DNA of 63,901 nucleotides, the filler included, from Hausera hauseri (lineage: Eukaryota), in NCBI GenBank assembly GCA_046269625.1. It is 11 parts of 11 records of this genome, joined end to end, with 100 filler letters (N's around TTAATTAATTAA, not from the genome) between each part and the next. Parts side by side here need not be neighbours in the genome. Positions count along the whole stretch, not along the records: positions 21,136 to 27,098 come from JBJURY010161976.1; positions 27,199 to 31,961 come from JBJURY010445024.1; positions 32,062 to 39,729 come from JBJURY010001570.1; positions 39,830 to 45,479 come from JBJURY010213855.1; 7 more parts are not named here. One strand, given 5' to 3'. The position numbers were made by a program, and so were the translations under genes. Under the pieces are notes generated by a model. That model did not search any database. It had not been told where the DNA came from and saw nothing but the letters and a program-made list of their open reading frames with translations. The first letter of the stretch is position 1. The number at the start of each line of letters is the position of its first letter. Shown here in pieces: positions 25,561 to 39,830 of this stretch.

Positions 25561-27198
25561 GAACGCCTGGTTGCACGTAGCCTAAACGCCGCACCAAAAT
25601 AAGTGGGGATCAAACCCCAATGTCAGTACCAACACTCGCTCATGCCGTTTTTAATAGGCAACGAGTGCGCTGCATGAAACCAGGCAAACACCATTTCTAA
25701 AGAAACACTGCTGAAAAAATTTGTCTTTCCCATGTTTTGTCGAGAACTCAAAGTGCCGTCTACCATGGCGCTCGCCGTACAATCTATCAAATATCAAATT
25801 GGAAAAGATTGAAGCGGAAAAGGGGTATCTTAACAATCAAATCAAGGAATTGAACACAAATCTACTAAACAAACGATGAACGTAGTTGCAGATCAATTGC
25901 GAAGAGATTAAAAATGACGTAACCCATCAGATAGATGAATTAAACGAGACTGGACGAAGTCAAAACAGGAAAACCCCAATTGCAATCAGAGTTTAATCGA
26001 CGAACCGAAATGGTCGAGGTTCAGCAAAAAGAGCTTCCCTATTTCCATGATATTGGCAGTAACGTGACAACGCTAGAGAAGGAACTCCACCGTTTAAACA
26101 AATGAAAATGCTTCGTTAATTTACAAATAGGATGCAAAAGACTGTGATTCGAAGACCCAATGTATGGAAAATAATTCGATTAAAATAAAATCTTACAGAA
26201 ATTCATTAAATCTAAATTTAGTAACAGAAATCCATGAGTCACTGAACAGGAAGCAGAGACAGACAAATGCTTAAAATTGTTTCCAACCTGACAATATGTA
26301 AATTATTTGAAAACTGACGTCAAAACGTGCCGTCGAAATTAATGCATTACAAACATCCATAATCTGATTTGCAGTGTTTGCATTCATAAGCAACTTACAA
26401 GTCTGTGTATAACAGTTTTGTGTGACCAATCTAATCGATAAAGTGACCAATTTAATTCGCACCGAGAAACATATTACCTAATCCCAGATTTTAATTCATA
26501 ATTATGGAAGACGAGTAAAATCACATCTGGATTGATTACGAAATTTTTTTTCAATAAACAATTTTTTATTTACGTAAGAACGAAATTTAAAATCATTTAA
26601 AGTAAAAAAAAGACTAACATTACAATCAGCGTTCGCCTTAACGTGAAGATTATGATGGAATTTGTAGACTGTTTCCATGTTGCCCGATTTGTAATTCAAT
26701 ACCCAACCACCAATACATATATCCTAAGAAAATATTTAACATATTAATAATGCATAATAATATCATGTTCAACTTGAACTTGTGAAAATTATCAATTGAT
26801 TTAAAAAGATAATTTCTAAATGCATTAAAATAGCTTAGGTGTGTGTTTCTCAATGAGATGCCATCTTGCTAATGAGTTACTGCACCTCTTGTATAAGTTT
26901 AGAAAAAAAAGCCTATTTTAAGTGGTAATAGCATTCCTTTTTTCCAAGCCTACATTGTGTGGGTTTTTCAAGTAGAACAAACCTAACCATATCATGGTGA
27001 TTGTGGGTTTGGTGCGAGGTTTAATTATAAATAATTCCAAAATGAATTTTCTTTATAAATATCCAAAAAAAATCGAGAAGAAATAACTGGTAAATCCGNN
27101 NNNNNNNNNNNNNNNNNNNNNNNNNNNNNNNNNNNNNNNNNNTTAATTAATTAANNNNNNNNNNNNNNNNNNNNNNNNNNNNNNNNNNNNNNNNNNNN

Positions 27199-27450
27199 CT
27201 GCTTAGCGACTTTTAACGTGCACGACAATGTACACGCACGTCCGGTCTCATTACCCATGCTTCAGGGAACTGTTTTACCAGAGGATCCAGGGGGGGGGGG
27301 GGGGTGTATTTTCATATGGATTTAAAACTATGACCCCTACCTGGGTCGGAACTCTTACTTAGAAACCACTACCCCACAAAAATATTCAGAAGATCCCTGT
27401 ATGATATGAACATTCTTATTTTGAGTCCGACGCGCTATCATTGAGCCATC
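27199..27450 (-). mobile_element. Degenerate tRNA-derived SINE
   Basis: Minus strand: A-box-like TGGCTCAATGATAGCGCGTCGGACT, displaced B-box-like GAGTTCCGACCC, body motif CGTGCACGTTAAAAG. Confidence 0.35.
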
Positions 27451-28289
27451 AAAAATACTAATACGATTTCTTCCAATAACAGAGGTAACAGAGCCAATTA
27501 TCATCAGCATACCATCATAAATTAAAACGAAACATTTTAGATTTAGTTTGACTTACGAGTGTTATTCTTCTTAAAACGGGAACTAGTTCATCTCTGTTTA
27601 ATAATTCGTTCTTCTCATCTGAAATTCTTGTAGAAAATGAATGATATAGTAACTCCTCGATGATGGAGCAGTCTTCCCCTATTCTGACTTTTATTAAGTG
27701 CGCATATCTGTATCACGCTGGCAACAAACTCATTCGAACATATATGCTTGGTCCCACTTCCTTTTGTTAGTTGTTTGTCTGGGGCTAACACTACATAATC
27801 TGTTCGCGGTGACTTTTAGCAGAAGGACGTTACCGCAAACAAACGACAATTACTTAAATACGAATTCGCTCCTGGTATCAAGGCCTCGCTCACTGAAATC
27901 GCTAAGTGCTGCTGACTGCAACATTTTCATATGTTTAAAAGGATTTGTTTTTTTTACATTTCATAAACCATCGGATGCAGCTTATTGTGATAAAGGGAAG
28001 TAAGAGGTGATCCTCTTGACGAACTCAACCCAGTTCTTCTACATAGTGCCAGCACTGATAACTTATAGTTTTAATAGTACTGTGTGCTTTGCCTCCTAGA
28101 AGCAATTACCACTCAAACGGGGACCATCCTAATGCCGTTGTCCATTTCAGCGGAAAGTAAACCTTATTTCAACGAACAAGACTCGATATGAGCAGGCTAA
28201 GCATTGTACTATCACCTGGAGGACCTCAGCATATTCATAGATACCCGCTGGAAACCTCAGCTAATCTCTCTATAATCCTTCTCGTGTCT

Positions 28290-29310
28290 GTCGATTTTGG
28301 AGATCATCTTTGGTAGGAGCGTGGTGGTAAACACCTACATATTTCCGCTGCTATTTTACAAAGCAAAAATATACACACCACCCAAAGAAATTACCAGGCG
28401 AATAAATAAGAGCGTTAGGCAATTCATTTTAAAAACACCATTAGCAACATACAGCACAATACCTTCATCCAAGACAAACACGCAGGGGGCATCGCATTTC
28501 GCGACATACAAACGAAAATAGACCCGCTGCGAATCCGTCATGTCGCGGAGATTATCAAACACCCGAAAACACACCATTTAGCCCACTATTATACTGATAT
28601 ACGAATACGCAAACTGCATAAACACAGCAACGCAGTACCCCACTATTTCGGACCACTACCGACCTTCTACCAAGAATGCCTCACTGCCATCCATAACAGA
28701 GAAACACTCCTCCACCTAACATCCAAACAAATTTACCAGCACCTTGTCCAAACCCAAGCACCCCCGCTGCTCCTCCGCATCAAAATGGGTTACAAATATT
28801 TCATCACAGATCACACCACGATATTCAAAAACCTACACACAACGCCGGTTTCACCGAGAACCAAAGAAATTACCTTTCGTTTAATATACAACATGACCCC
28901 CGTTAGGTACATACCCGGTTTTGGAGACCGCACTACAGCCTTATGTAGACTTTGCCCCATGAAACTGCAAGAGACGGAGGAACACATGTTTTATTCTTGT
29001 GTCGTAGTTATCCCGACCATACGACACATGCAGGTCCTCTTTAGCAAATACACACCTAGCTGCCCCATGCACAAAGCCATCATGACAAATGTTATTCCTA
29101 CTGTGACAATCACAACACAGACATACATTCTGACAATACTGGCCGAATACAGACACTTAGTGTGGACGATCCGTAACAACGCAGTTTACCACGACGGACA
29201 CTACATACCTGAATCTTTTTTAAACATTTTCTGTCGCCACATCGCCCACATCCCCTGCCCAGACCCATAGCGGCACACCCGTTGTTTGTTTATTTGTTTG
29301 TTCATTCAGC
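28290..29310 (+). mobile_element. L1/Tx1-type LINE 3' portion (post-RT region and zf-RVT)
   Basis: IFGRSVVVNTYIFPLLFY, QGG(I), KEITFRL...CRLC...ETEEHMFYSC...VWTIRN; (GTTT)-rich tail. Confidence 0.75.
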
Positions 29311-29369
29311 AAGGACTTCTTAAAAGTACAGTGGAAAATCTGAGCCATGAAAAGATAATAACATAAAAA

Positions 29370-29700
29370 CTTGCCGGCAAGAACGTTGTCGCTGTGGAAG
29401 TTATCGACATGAGAAGTATCTGACATGACCAAATCGCTGACATGAATAAAATTAAAACGTAAATGTTGTCGACATAACAAAACTGTCAACATTAACCTTG
29501 TCGACATGCCAATTTGACGATATGAAAAATCCTAACATGAAAACTTGAGACGTGGAATGTCGCCAACATACCAAAGTCGTCGAGATGAAAGTTGACGATC
29601 TGAAAGTTGTCCACATGAACGTTGTGGAAATCAAGTTTGTCGACATGAAATCTTGTTGCTGTGAACACTGGAGACTTGGAACGTCACTGATATGAAAACT
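29370..29700. repeat. Degenerate short-period repeat with TTGTCGACATGAAA core
   Basis: Recurrent GTCGACATG-like motifs. Confidence 0.65.
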
Positions 29701-29739
29701 TACTGACAGCCAAAGTCACTGCCCTGAAGGCCGATGACA

Positions 29740-30812
29740 CGCTGATAGTACTCCCACAAACCTGCATAAGCATAAAGAAAACGAGCTAAACCACCGCCAG
29801 CAGCCTTAAGAAACCCAACTTTAACAGAAAATACCCCCTTCCATGTCCCAACATGTCCGTAAACACGAAGAAGATGCCATAAACTACCGCCCGCATCCTT
29901 AAGAAACCCAACCTTAACAGAAAATATCACCCTTCCATGTCCCGACTCACTCCCAAAGACATGTACAGGCCTGATGAAGACGACCCAAACCACCGCCTGC
30001 ACCATTAACAGAAAATGTCATCCTTACATGTCCCGACACGTCCCTAAACACGAAGAAGATGCCCTAAACCACCGCCCGCACCAAAAAGATCACGACCTTA
30101 ACAGAAAATATCCACTTCCATGTGCCGACTTGATCCCAAAGACATGCTCCAGAGTGAGGAAGACACCATAAACCACCACCAGCACCCCTAAGAAACGCGA
30201 CCTTAACAGAACATATCCCCCTTCCCAAAGACATGTACAAGTCTGATGAAGACGACCTAAACACCGCCCCACCCTAAGAAATGCGCTCTTGACAGAAAAT
30301 ATCCCCTTCCATGTCCCGACTTGATCCCAAAGACATGTCCAAGCACGAGGAAGACAACCTAAACCACCGCCTGCATCCTTAAGAAACCTGACCTTAACAG
30401 AAAATATCCCTTTCCATATCCCGACTCACTCCCAAAGACATGTACAATCCTGATGAAGACGACCTAAACCACCGCCCGCACCCTTAAGAAACCCGACTGT
30501 AACAGAAAATATCACCCTTCCATCTCCCGACTTGTCCCTAAGAATGAAGAGGATGACCTAAACCACCATCCGTATCCTTAAGAACCTAACCTAAACCGAA
30601 AATATCACCCTTCCATGTCCCGACTTGTTCCTAAATATGAAGAAGATGACCTAAACCACCGCCCGCATCCTTAAGAAACCCGACTTTAGCAGAAATTATC
30701 CCCCTTCCATGGCCCGACTCACGCCCAAAGACATGTATATGCCTGCTGAAGACGACCTTAACCACCGGCCGCATCCTTAAGAAACATGACCTTAACAGAA
30801 AATATCCCCTAG
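29740..30812. repeat. Satellite array, ~11 units of mostly ~93 or ~105 bp
   Basis: Repeated TAAACCACCGCCCGCATCCTTAAGAAACCCGACCTTAACAGAAAATATC(A)CCCTTCCATGTCCCGAC. Confidence 0.9.
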
Positions 30813-32349
30813 ACCTAACACGCTACCATCCCCGATACAAAGACATGGTACCACCATGGCCCCTTCAACCCTTACTGTATGTAACTAAAGAAAAAGAAAT
30901 TACGTTATCAAGATGCTGACGTCATCAAAAAAGAATGCTGGTATGTACAGCATCTACTACCTAACATACTAATAAGACATAACACACCACTACCCCATCA
31001 CCCTGTACTCCACATTACGCATCTCACGTCTAACTAAAGAAAAAAGAAATTACCTCATCAAAAAGAAGGATGATGATGAAAAATAAAAAAGAATGATGAA
31101 GAAAAAATAAAAAACCGCTGAGTCGGACTTGATCACTCCCCTTACCCCAACAGGATTGCTGCACCGCTTTTATCAAGGATTATAAAACATAATTATACCA
31201 TAATTATACCATAATTACCTAATTAAAATCAATTACATAATTATAGGCGATCTGGCGGACGCGCCGGGGACTTCACAGCAGCCGACCCCAGCCCCTGAAG
31301 GTGACCTCAGCATCCCCAGACGACTCCACTAATTACACCTATAATTACACCTATAATTATACATAACTATTATTTAAATAAAAAATAAAATTACACAAAA
31401 CACATTATTTAATTAAAAACACATAATCACCTAATTAATTACCTAAAAACAAAACCATGCAAGAGTTGTCTGCCCCTTAAAAAATTTCCAAAAGTAGTCT
31501 CCCCTTACCCAGACTGGATGGATTTTACGTCATGCCTCCAGGTACCCTCCCGTCTCCCTCCAGGTTTTTCCTTCACTCCACCCATTTCTCCTCCTGAAAT
31601 CTGCGTCGTATGGCACCTTATACACTACTTACGTCAAAGAATAGATGTGGAACAGTGGGCGTATATTTGTTTTCATGATTCTCACGGAATTCATAGAACG
31701 AGACCCACAAGATGCGGGAATCACATTCTCGAAATGTCTTCTCAATTATTTCATTACATGTAAAAGAAATGCTACCAGTGCTACAGAGTGTCTGTATTCT
31801 GATACTCCACTACCACCACCAGAAACAGCGGGTTAGTTGTCGTATCAGTAAACATGGGCGATCAAGATAAGCGATGTACACTTTATCTCGCTACCTCTTT
31901 GGCTTAAATCTTCCTACGCGGCTTTCTCATCCTGGCACTTAACTTCTTTCGTAATCTCATTNNNNNNNNNNNNNNNNNNNNNNNNNNNNNNNNNNNNNNN
32001 NNNNNTTAATTAATTAANNNNNNNNNNNNNNNNNNNNNNNNNNNNNNNNNNNNNNNNNNNNTTTGGCACACTACCTCACATGTAGGGCATATATAATACT
32101 GAACCCTGTTGTAAATATGGCTAAAGTATTTCATCATACTATTGTGGCAATTTTCAGGCTCATGGATTTGAGCCAAGCATTCTTTGTAAAGTTTGCACAT
32201 CTAAAAATCAACCAATTATTTGAGGAGCACAATTAAAACACTCACCATTCGTTGAAGTGATATTGGAAATAATGAAAAATATAGCCATATCACAATGTAC
32301 TATCCCGCGTATTAAATGGTTTTAATGCACTTTTGTTTTAATGCATCAA

Positions 32350-33380
32350 TTAACTGCACGGTAGCGCCAAATTTAAGGTCTTTGACCATGGGGAATCGAA
32401 TGATGTCACTAGGTTCTTCGAATAGTGCATGCTTGTACGAATATTTGACTTAGAATAACTAAGTATTCGACTTGAAAGCTAGAATTCCAATACCTAACAT
32501 CATATTCCAATTCAACATACATGATATTCTACCCGACTCGCTATTAGATTTATTGATTTCCGTTTCACTGAGCTTCAAATGGACATTTTGCTTAATTCCA
32601 AATATTGATTTTATATCTATATAGTACATTCATATGCTGCACCATGTTTGTGTTAGAATGCACCCGGTCACATGTCCTAATCATCAATATTGGAAATATC
32701 GGAAAACCGATATTATTGATTTTTGAACACTTGCACGTGTTTTTGCACTGCACAGTATATATCAAGGTGCATCTCGACGTGCTCTATCTACATGCACTTG
32801 ACCCCAATCGATTCCATCAGTCATATGCTGCACAGTGACAAATGTGTGAAAAGTGAAAAAGTGCCTTGGCAACCGTATCCAAGAGCACATCTGACTCGAG
32901 TATTTCACTGAACTATAGTACATCAAGTACTGCACCAGCCAGTATATGTGCAATATTGATATTATTGATTTTCATTTTATAGCGGAAAGGCCTATGCGGG
33001 TTCTCACTCAGTTGGCAATTATTCGAAAACCAATCAATATATTTAAATTCTAACTGCACATGCATACAGATCATCATGTGTGCTACCAACGTCACCCGGT
33101 GCCATGTCCTAATCATCAATATTGGGATTATCGGAAATCCGATATTATTGATTTTGGCACACTTGCAGATGTGCTGCACACCTGCACTGTGCACTAGTCG
33201 ATGTGCCCCGATCGATTCCATCAATTGTGCCATGTACAGCGATAGATTTGTGAAATGAACAAAAATGTGCTTAGCAACAGTGCCTAGCGGCACCGTCGCC
33301 TAGCGCGCTACCGATCGATAGTGCACCATGTGCACAATCGATTGCACACGTGCAAATTGATTTATCGATTCGCATACCCT
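32350..33380 (+). repeat. Dispersed repeat with an internal ~432-bp tandem duplication; candidate Polinton TIR
   Basis: CATGTCCTAATCATCAATATTGG at 32671 and 33103; 32385-32440 is the reverse-complement homologue of ~6200-6255; 33205-33380 is homologous to 59869-60041. Confidence 0.65.
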
Positions 33381-33599
33381 CGGAGGTGAGGCATACTTCC
33401 TATTTTTCCCTTCATAAAGTTTTACTTTTACTGGTTTGATACATCGACAGGTCATGCCCTTCCTTCATAAACAATAACAGCTTTTGAATAATAAAATAAT
33501 ACGTGCGTAAAATTACAGTAATATAAGCGGACATTATAAAAACGACACATTTCCATATTCACATTTTATTGTCACTATACATTTCTTTATTATCAGTGT

Positions 33600-36500
33600 C
33601 CACAACAACACATTTATAGTGTCAATTAAACACATTTTATTGTCAGTGCAGATATTTTTTCTTGTCTGTCAGTTATTCACAAATCTTCGGGAGTTTGATG
33701 AATTTGTCCCAAATTTCATTTCTCTAATGGTAGCGGCATATGGGCAAATGTGTCGGACATTCTGCTTCTTTATCGGACTGCTTTCGATTCATATACTCTA
33801 TCTTCTACAACAATTGTTTCGTTTATTTGTAATTTTCTTTTTCTGCCAGAGAGACTGGTGGTTGGATTAAAACAGTCATTTCTCTTTTATTATTTTTGTC
33901 AACTGACGGGAGTTATTTCCATTTCATCGTATTCTATCTAATTTTTATACGGAATGTACATCATTGGACCATATGCATTCAATTTATTACGATGCAATCC
34001 ATATTCTTAATGTATATTTCACGTTATATATTTTACCTCTTACTACATTACAACAAATTCTTGTTATTCATGTTATGTGGCACTTCCTTGATATTTTCTT
34101 TTTACTCGGTTCTTCTTTTTTGTGTATCTTTATCCCTCTAATATATATTCTAATTATATTCTACTCGTTATATTGATACAACTCCTTCCACTTTTAAATC
34201 CAATGGATCTAACTAATATCTGATAGATTATAATTACATCTAATGGCGTCTCGTTCATTCCATGTCGATTAGATATATATATATGGATCTAATTCTTCTA
34301 GTGTACCGACTTCGATAATAGTCACCTGGTTTCTTGATTAATGTATAAAATATTTCATGTATAACTGATTCTTCAACTACACATTCTGCTTTCATTTTTC
34401 CATGGTGTAAAATGCAATCATATTCTCGATTGTTAGGATTTCTTATTCCTCCAATATGCTACATGTATTCCAACAATGTATTTAAATGGTATTTGGGTTA
34501 TGTAAAAGTTTACACATTTCTGGCCTGTTCTGAAATATTCTATTCCATATCGTATACTATCTAATAATACGTCTTCGGATATCGCAATTGAGTGGCGTAT
34601 TTTTGCCTGTGTTTTCTCATGTTCTGGCATCTGTCAGTGTACATGGCATTATCATAAATATCAAAAAGATTTTCTTTACTTCGAATATTCCGTGGATTGA
34701 TTTTTTATTCATTATCTTACCACTAATGATTCAAACGAATTCCTGTTCATCTTTTCTGAGTTTACTCGCTTTTGCTGCTGGCTTATATCTATTAATGTGA
34801 ATTTTAAGTATAGTATTATCTTTCTTTAAACATATTAGGCAAGTCCACTTTTTCTACTTCATGTGGTCTTTTCCCATTCTTACTCAACGGCATATATAAG
34901 AACATCTTATATTTTACTTTAATTCTTGGCTGTTTCGTCTTTTCGTCGTAATATTTTTTGTATTTCAATTTATAATCTTTTTGACTATCCTATATTATCT
35001 TATAAGCTAACCTTTAGAGTTCTTGCATCAGCTGTTTATATTCTTCAATCTCCATTAAATGTGCGATATGTTTTACGTTAAAGTCCAAATCTAGTGATAG
35101 CCTAGAGTCTTTTAGGTACACAAAAAAGTGTCTCTTGTAGCTTCGTTCACCGATGTTCGATTTACAAAAATACATGCATTAATATATTCGTCCCAATCAT
35201 CCTGTCTTGTACTCACGACCTTTTTTAATTTACCTTTTAAATTCCCTATATATCTCTTAACCATCCCATTTTTTCAGGATGTCTTGGAATTGACCGTAGC
35301 TTTAATATTCACTTAATATCATGTATAGCTTGCTTTACACTACCAGTTAGGTTTGATGTTTGGTCACTTAATAGAATGCTAGCAGCTCTATAATTAAAAA
35401 CGATATTTTCTACAGATTTCTCGGCAATTGTTTTTGCCTTCATTTCTGGGACAGGTAATGCAACAACCCATCGAGTGAAATAATCGATAAAAAAAAATAA
35501 ATAGATATATTTCCATTACTCGTTAATGTTAGTGGTCCAGTTATATCCATTGCAGTGAATCTCGAATGGGGCTAGTGGATTATCTCATACTTTGAGAAGA
35601 GCTTTAAATTTTAAACCAGTATTTTTCTGGGTAACTCATAGTTTACAACTATCGCACCATCCTTCAACATCTTTCATCATAGTTGGCCAGAAGTATTTTC
35701 TCTTTAGCTTGTTTATCGTTTTCCTCTCTTATTGATGTCTGCCAAGTAGTCTTTCGTGATATTGAGTTAATACTGCTCTATTCTTCTTTGAAATAACCAA
35801 TGTTGGTCCATTTTGGTAGACATAATACAAAAATCCTTCTTTTCTTCATACGCTTCACTGAATCTGGCCAAGTGATGGGCTAATTCTTTATCTCCAAGTA
35901 TAACTTAATTTCGTGTATAAATTCTGAAAGCACTAATTTATGGATCTTCTTGCTGATTCTCCTTTATTTTTTCTATAGATATATCCGTACTCCATACGGC
36001 TGCAATGACTGCTTTTCTAATTTTGGTTTATCTGTCATACTGGATAAATAATCTGCACCAGTATTTCGTGTTTCAGGCTAATGGTCCAATTATTAGTAGA
36101 GGTTGATTTTCGCTAATTCTTTTTCAATCACGGCGTATTTTTTTTATGTTCGTTTAGTTTCCTTGATGCATAAGCCACTGTGGTGTTCTTTGCCATATTC
36201 AACTTTTGTGATAAAACTTCTCCAACTCAACAATTACTTGCGTATGCTGCTAGTATTAATGCTTTATTTATATTTGAATAGATTAAAATAGGATTACTTA
36301 ACAATTTCTCTTTTAGATTTTAGAAAGCCTTTTGACGATCTTCTGTCCATATCACTTTTTACAGATATTCTCGTAGTAATTGATATAATGGCATAGGTAT
36401 TGTGCTCAAACCTTTTATAAACCTTCGGTAATAATTTGCTAACCCTAAATATCGGCCTAGTTCTTTTACTGTTGTTGGTTTGGGAAAATTCTTGTTTTCC

Positions 36501-37550
36501 TAAAGGTTTTACACTGTATCTCTCAACTCTATGTCCAAGAAAATCAACTGCTTCTTGAGCAAACGCACATTTCTTTGGGTTTATTTTAAGTCCCATTATT
36601 TCGCATTTATGAAAAAGGTCTTGTAAGTCCTTCAAGTGTTGCTGGAAGTTGGGAGATGCGATTAGTACATCGTTAATATAAACCACGACATGCGCTGCAT
36701 CTAATAACAGTAGTTATGTTCCTCTTTGAAAATCAGGTAGTCCGTTTTTGAGACCGAACGTCATTCTATTAAATTTCCATAGTCCTTCAGCTATTGAGAC
36801 TTGTCTACTTCTACTTGCCAATATGTTTAGTAACGGATATGTATCAGATTCGGTTATCTCATTAAGAGCTCTGTAGTCTATGCAAAATGTCACTGATCCA
36901 TCCTTTTTCTTTACCATTACTACGGGTGTTGTCCACGGAAAACAGCTGGGTCTAATTATCCCGTTATCCCTCGATTCTTTTATAATCTTCCTTGCTTCAT
37001 CCTTTTTATCGTAAGCTAATCTATAAGGTAGCTTGTTTATTGGCTTATCTTACCCCTATTTTAATTTAATTGAGTGTTTTAGTACATTCATTATTCCTAA
37101 GTCATAATCATTCTGGATAATTAGATTGTTATTCGTGTTTAGTAGTTGTAATAACATGTCTTTATTCTTCATTATTTAACACTTTACAGTCTTGTAGTTT
37201 TTCATTCTATACTGTTGACTTTCTCTTTTTTCTTAATTTTACTTACCTCGCTGTTTAGTTTTTTCGTCGTCATTTTCTCAATTTTCTCTACATCTAAAAT
37301 TACTTCTTTTGTTGATTCCGTGGTAGTCTCTTCGAGAGCAGTTAAATAACCCATTCTGGTGTTCTTCCTTTATATTTTCATATTTCCAATCGTTTTGTGG
37401 ATGGCTCGAAATATATACTGTGAGTGTTTAATTTACATTCTATTCGTTCAGATATTACCGTTTTAGTACGTGGTGATATTATATTGTCTTTTATTAACGA
37501 AACTGACCCTTTATTTTGCTCTTTATCAAATCCTTTCAGTTGACCTGTAT
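33600..37550 (-). mobile_element. Degenerate Ty3/Gypsy element (RT, RNase H remnant, integrase, possible env)
   Basis: VKKKDGSVTFCIDYRALN, RMTFGLKN, VYINDVLIAS, FLGH; IN: IDYFTRWV...LLSDQ; HINRYKP followed by a hydrophobic segment. Confidence 0.8.
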
Positions 37551-37559
37551 TTAAATCAA

Positions 37560-39729
37560 TAAATCAATGTGGTGATGCACAAATTTGACGAACCAAGACA
37601 GGAAAGGAGGGATTTCAAACTGCACAATACGCAGGCAAAGAGGATGGTGAAATGCTGGTCGTGCCAGAGAGACGGATATACAAGCAGGACATGCAACCTC
37701 CAACATGCACCAAGATGTTTTGGTTGCGGGAAAGAAGAAAATATTAACAGGATTTGCCCGGAAAAGAAATCCATAATATACTACGGGTGTGCTCAGCAAG
37801 GATACATAAGTCGAAACTTCATAAACCTTAAATGCAATAGATGTCACAATAGAGGGCACACGAAAGAAGCGTGTTATACAAAATTGGACAAGAGAAGAAG
37901 AGGACAAAATACGTATACTGACAGTTTCAAAAGGACGGGATATGGTCAGAAAAGATATGGAGAGGAGTAAGCAGCAGGCATACATATGTTGCAAATATTC
38001 ATGAAGACTATAAAGAATTCATCACAGAGTCGACAAACCCAAAAGACAAAGCCTCGACAGAAGTAGAACCAGTCGGGGCATTATATTAAACAACTCCAAA
38101 GTCTCCCAAAATATTGAAAGAAATGGACAAGGTATTGAAAAAATAAAGGAAATAATGGAGGAAAATGTATGGAGTTTCATAAAAACGGAAACGTTTGGGA
38201 ACAGAAACAAAGAAGTATGATTTACAAAAAGTCAAAACGACAGCCTCCATGAAGACAGGATTTTTTCCATGAAGGGCTGACGGAAAACAGTATCACGTAC
38301 GATAAACTACAAGGATGGCCAGGTATAAAAATTAACATAAAAGATAGATGGGTAGACTGCCTATTTGACACAGGGACACGGATGAACGTCCAGCTGGAGA
38401 AGCAGATATCACACTCCGATGCGCAAAGGGTAGTCTCCTGGAATGCATGGGTGAACTCTCCGTAAATGTGGAACTCAAGGGAGTACGGAAGCATGTAACT
38501 TTTACAGTAGTGACAGACATATAACCAGAAATAATAGGAGGAATGGAGCTATAAAAGACCTTTGGAATCGAACTAGGTATGTGACAGAAAGATGGAGAGG
38601 AGCAAAGGTATAATATAAGTAACTTAGAAACAAAATTTGGTTGAAAAGTGACGAATTAAGAACGATTCAAAAGAGAGAATGAGATTCTACTTACAACCGA
38701 AAACTCATTGTTATTGGACATAGTACGGAAGACTGAAGAAGTCTTCATGGCCGACAAAGGGGATATCGGCTGTACAATATTAATGAAGCATAGAATAGAC
38801 ACAAAAGGTGCACCAATTAGCATCAAACCGCAGAAACAACCAGTGAATCTAGAAAGCAAAATCGTTGAGACCATGCAAAACCTATGGGAAAACAATATCA
38901 TCAAGAAACGTAATTATTCTTGGAATACGCCGATAATCTGCGTGTGGAAGAAAGAAAAAAACGATGTCACAATTTTTCTTGACTTTAGACATTTGAATCT
39001 CGTCACAGAATAACAAGCGTATTTCATGCCGAATATGATGAAAATGATGGATAAACTATATAGGGCTAAATAATTCACATCAATCGATCTTGGAAACGCA
39101 TACTACCAGGTAGAACTAGAGGAAGAATCCAAGTTTAAAACAGCTTTTTTGACTAAAGAGGGACAGTTTTGTTTCGACAGAATGCCTTTTGGTATTGCAG
39201 CAGCGCCGAGTACAATTGAAGAACTAAAGTAGAAGACTAAAGTACTGGACGATATCGAACAAACTGTAGTATATCTAAACGATATTTTGATCTTTCCGAA
39301 GTTATTAGAAGAAAATTATGTAATACTAGAGAAAGTACTAGATCGAGTGAAACGGGCGGGACTAAGAATAAACCCAGAAAAATGCCACGTCTTAAAAAAT
39401 AAATAAAATTCTTGGGATAAGTTTTGAATAACAAAGGTATACAAATGGATCCCTCCAAACTGGACGCCATCAGATCTTTTGAGAAACCAAAATGAGTAAA
39501 AAATCTGAGAAGCTTTTTAGGGATTTGCAGTTACTACAGGAGATTTATTTAAGAGTACGCCACAGAAGCTAAGGTATTAGAATAGATGTGCAGACCGAAC
39601 AACAAAAACTGGTATGGGCCGAGTCTTGCAAGAAAGCATTTGAAGAAATGAAGATGGCTTTGGCGTCCCCATCAAGACTATGGTTCCCAGACTTCAAGAA
39701 GGAATATATTCTGGATACTGATGATAGTT
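37560..39729 (+). mobile_element. Degenerate Ty3/Gypsy element (gag with 4 zinc knuckles, PR, RT, start of RNase H)
   Basis: CWSC..GY...C, CFGC, (C)YGC..GY, CNRCHNRGHTKEAC; CLFDTG; WNTPIICVWKK, LDFRHLN, IDLGNAYYQV, RMPFGIAAAP, YILDTD. Confidence 0.85.
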
Positions 39730-39830
39730 NNNNNNNNNNNNNNNNNNNNNNNNNNNNNNNNNNNNNNNNNNNNTTAATTAATTAANNNNNNNNNNNNNNN
39801 NNNNNNNNNNNNNNNNNNNNNNNNNNNNNC

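Noticed and set aside
25600-26480. Further captured host-gene fragments (coiled-coil and helical peptides)
   Set aside because: Too degraded to assign by eye.
29740-30812. CRISPR-like array
   Set aside because: Whole units are repeated, there are no unique spacers or cas genes, and the context is eukaryotic.
34433-34630. Tpt1/KptA-like similarity (GIEYFRT...IPFKYI)
   Set aside because: Catalytic motifs are absent; the position after a signal-like segment fits an env remnant better.
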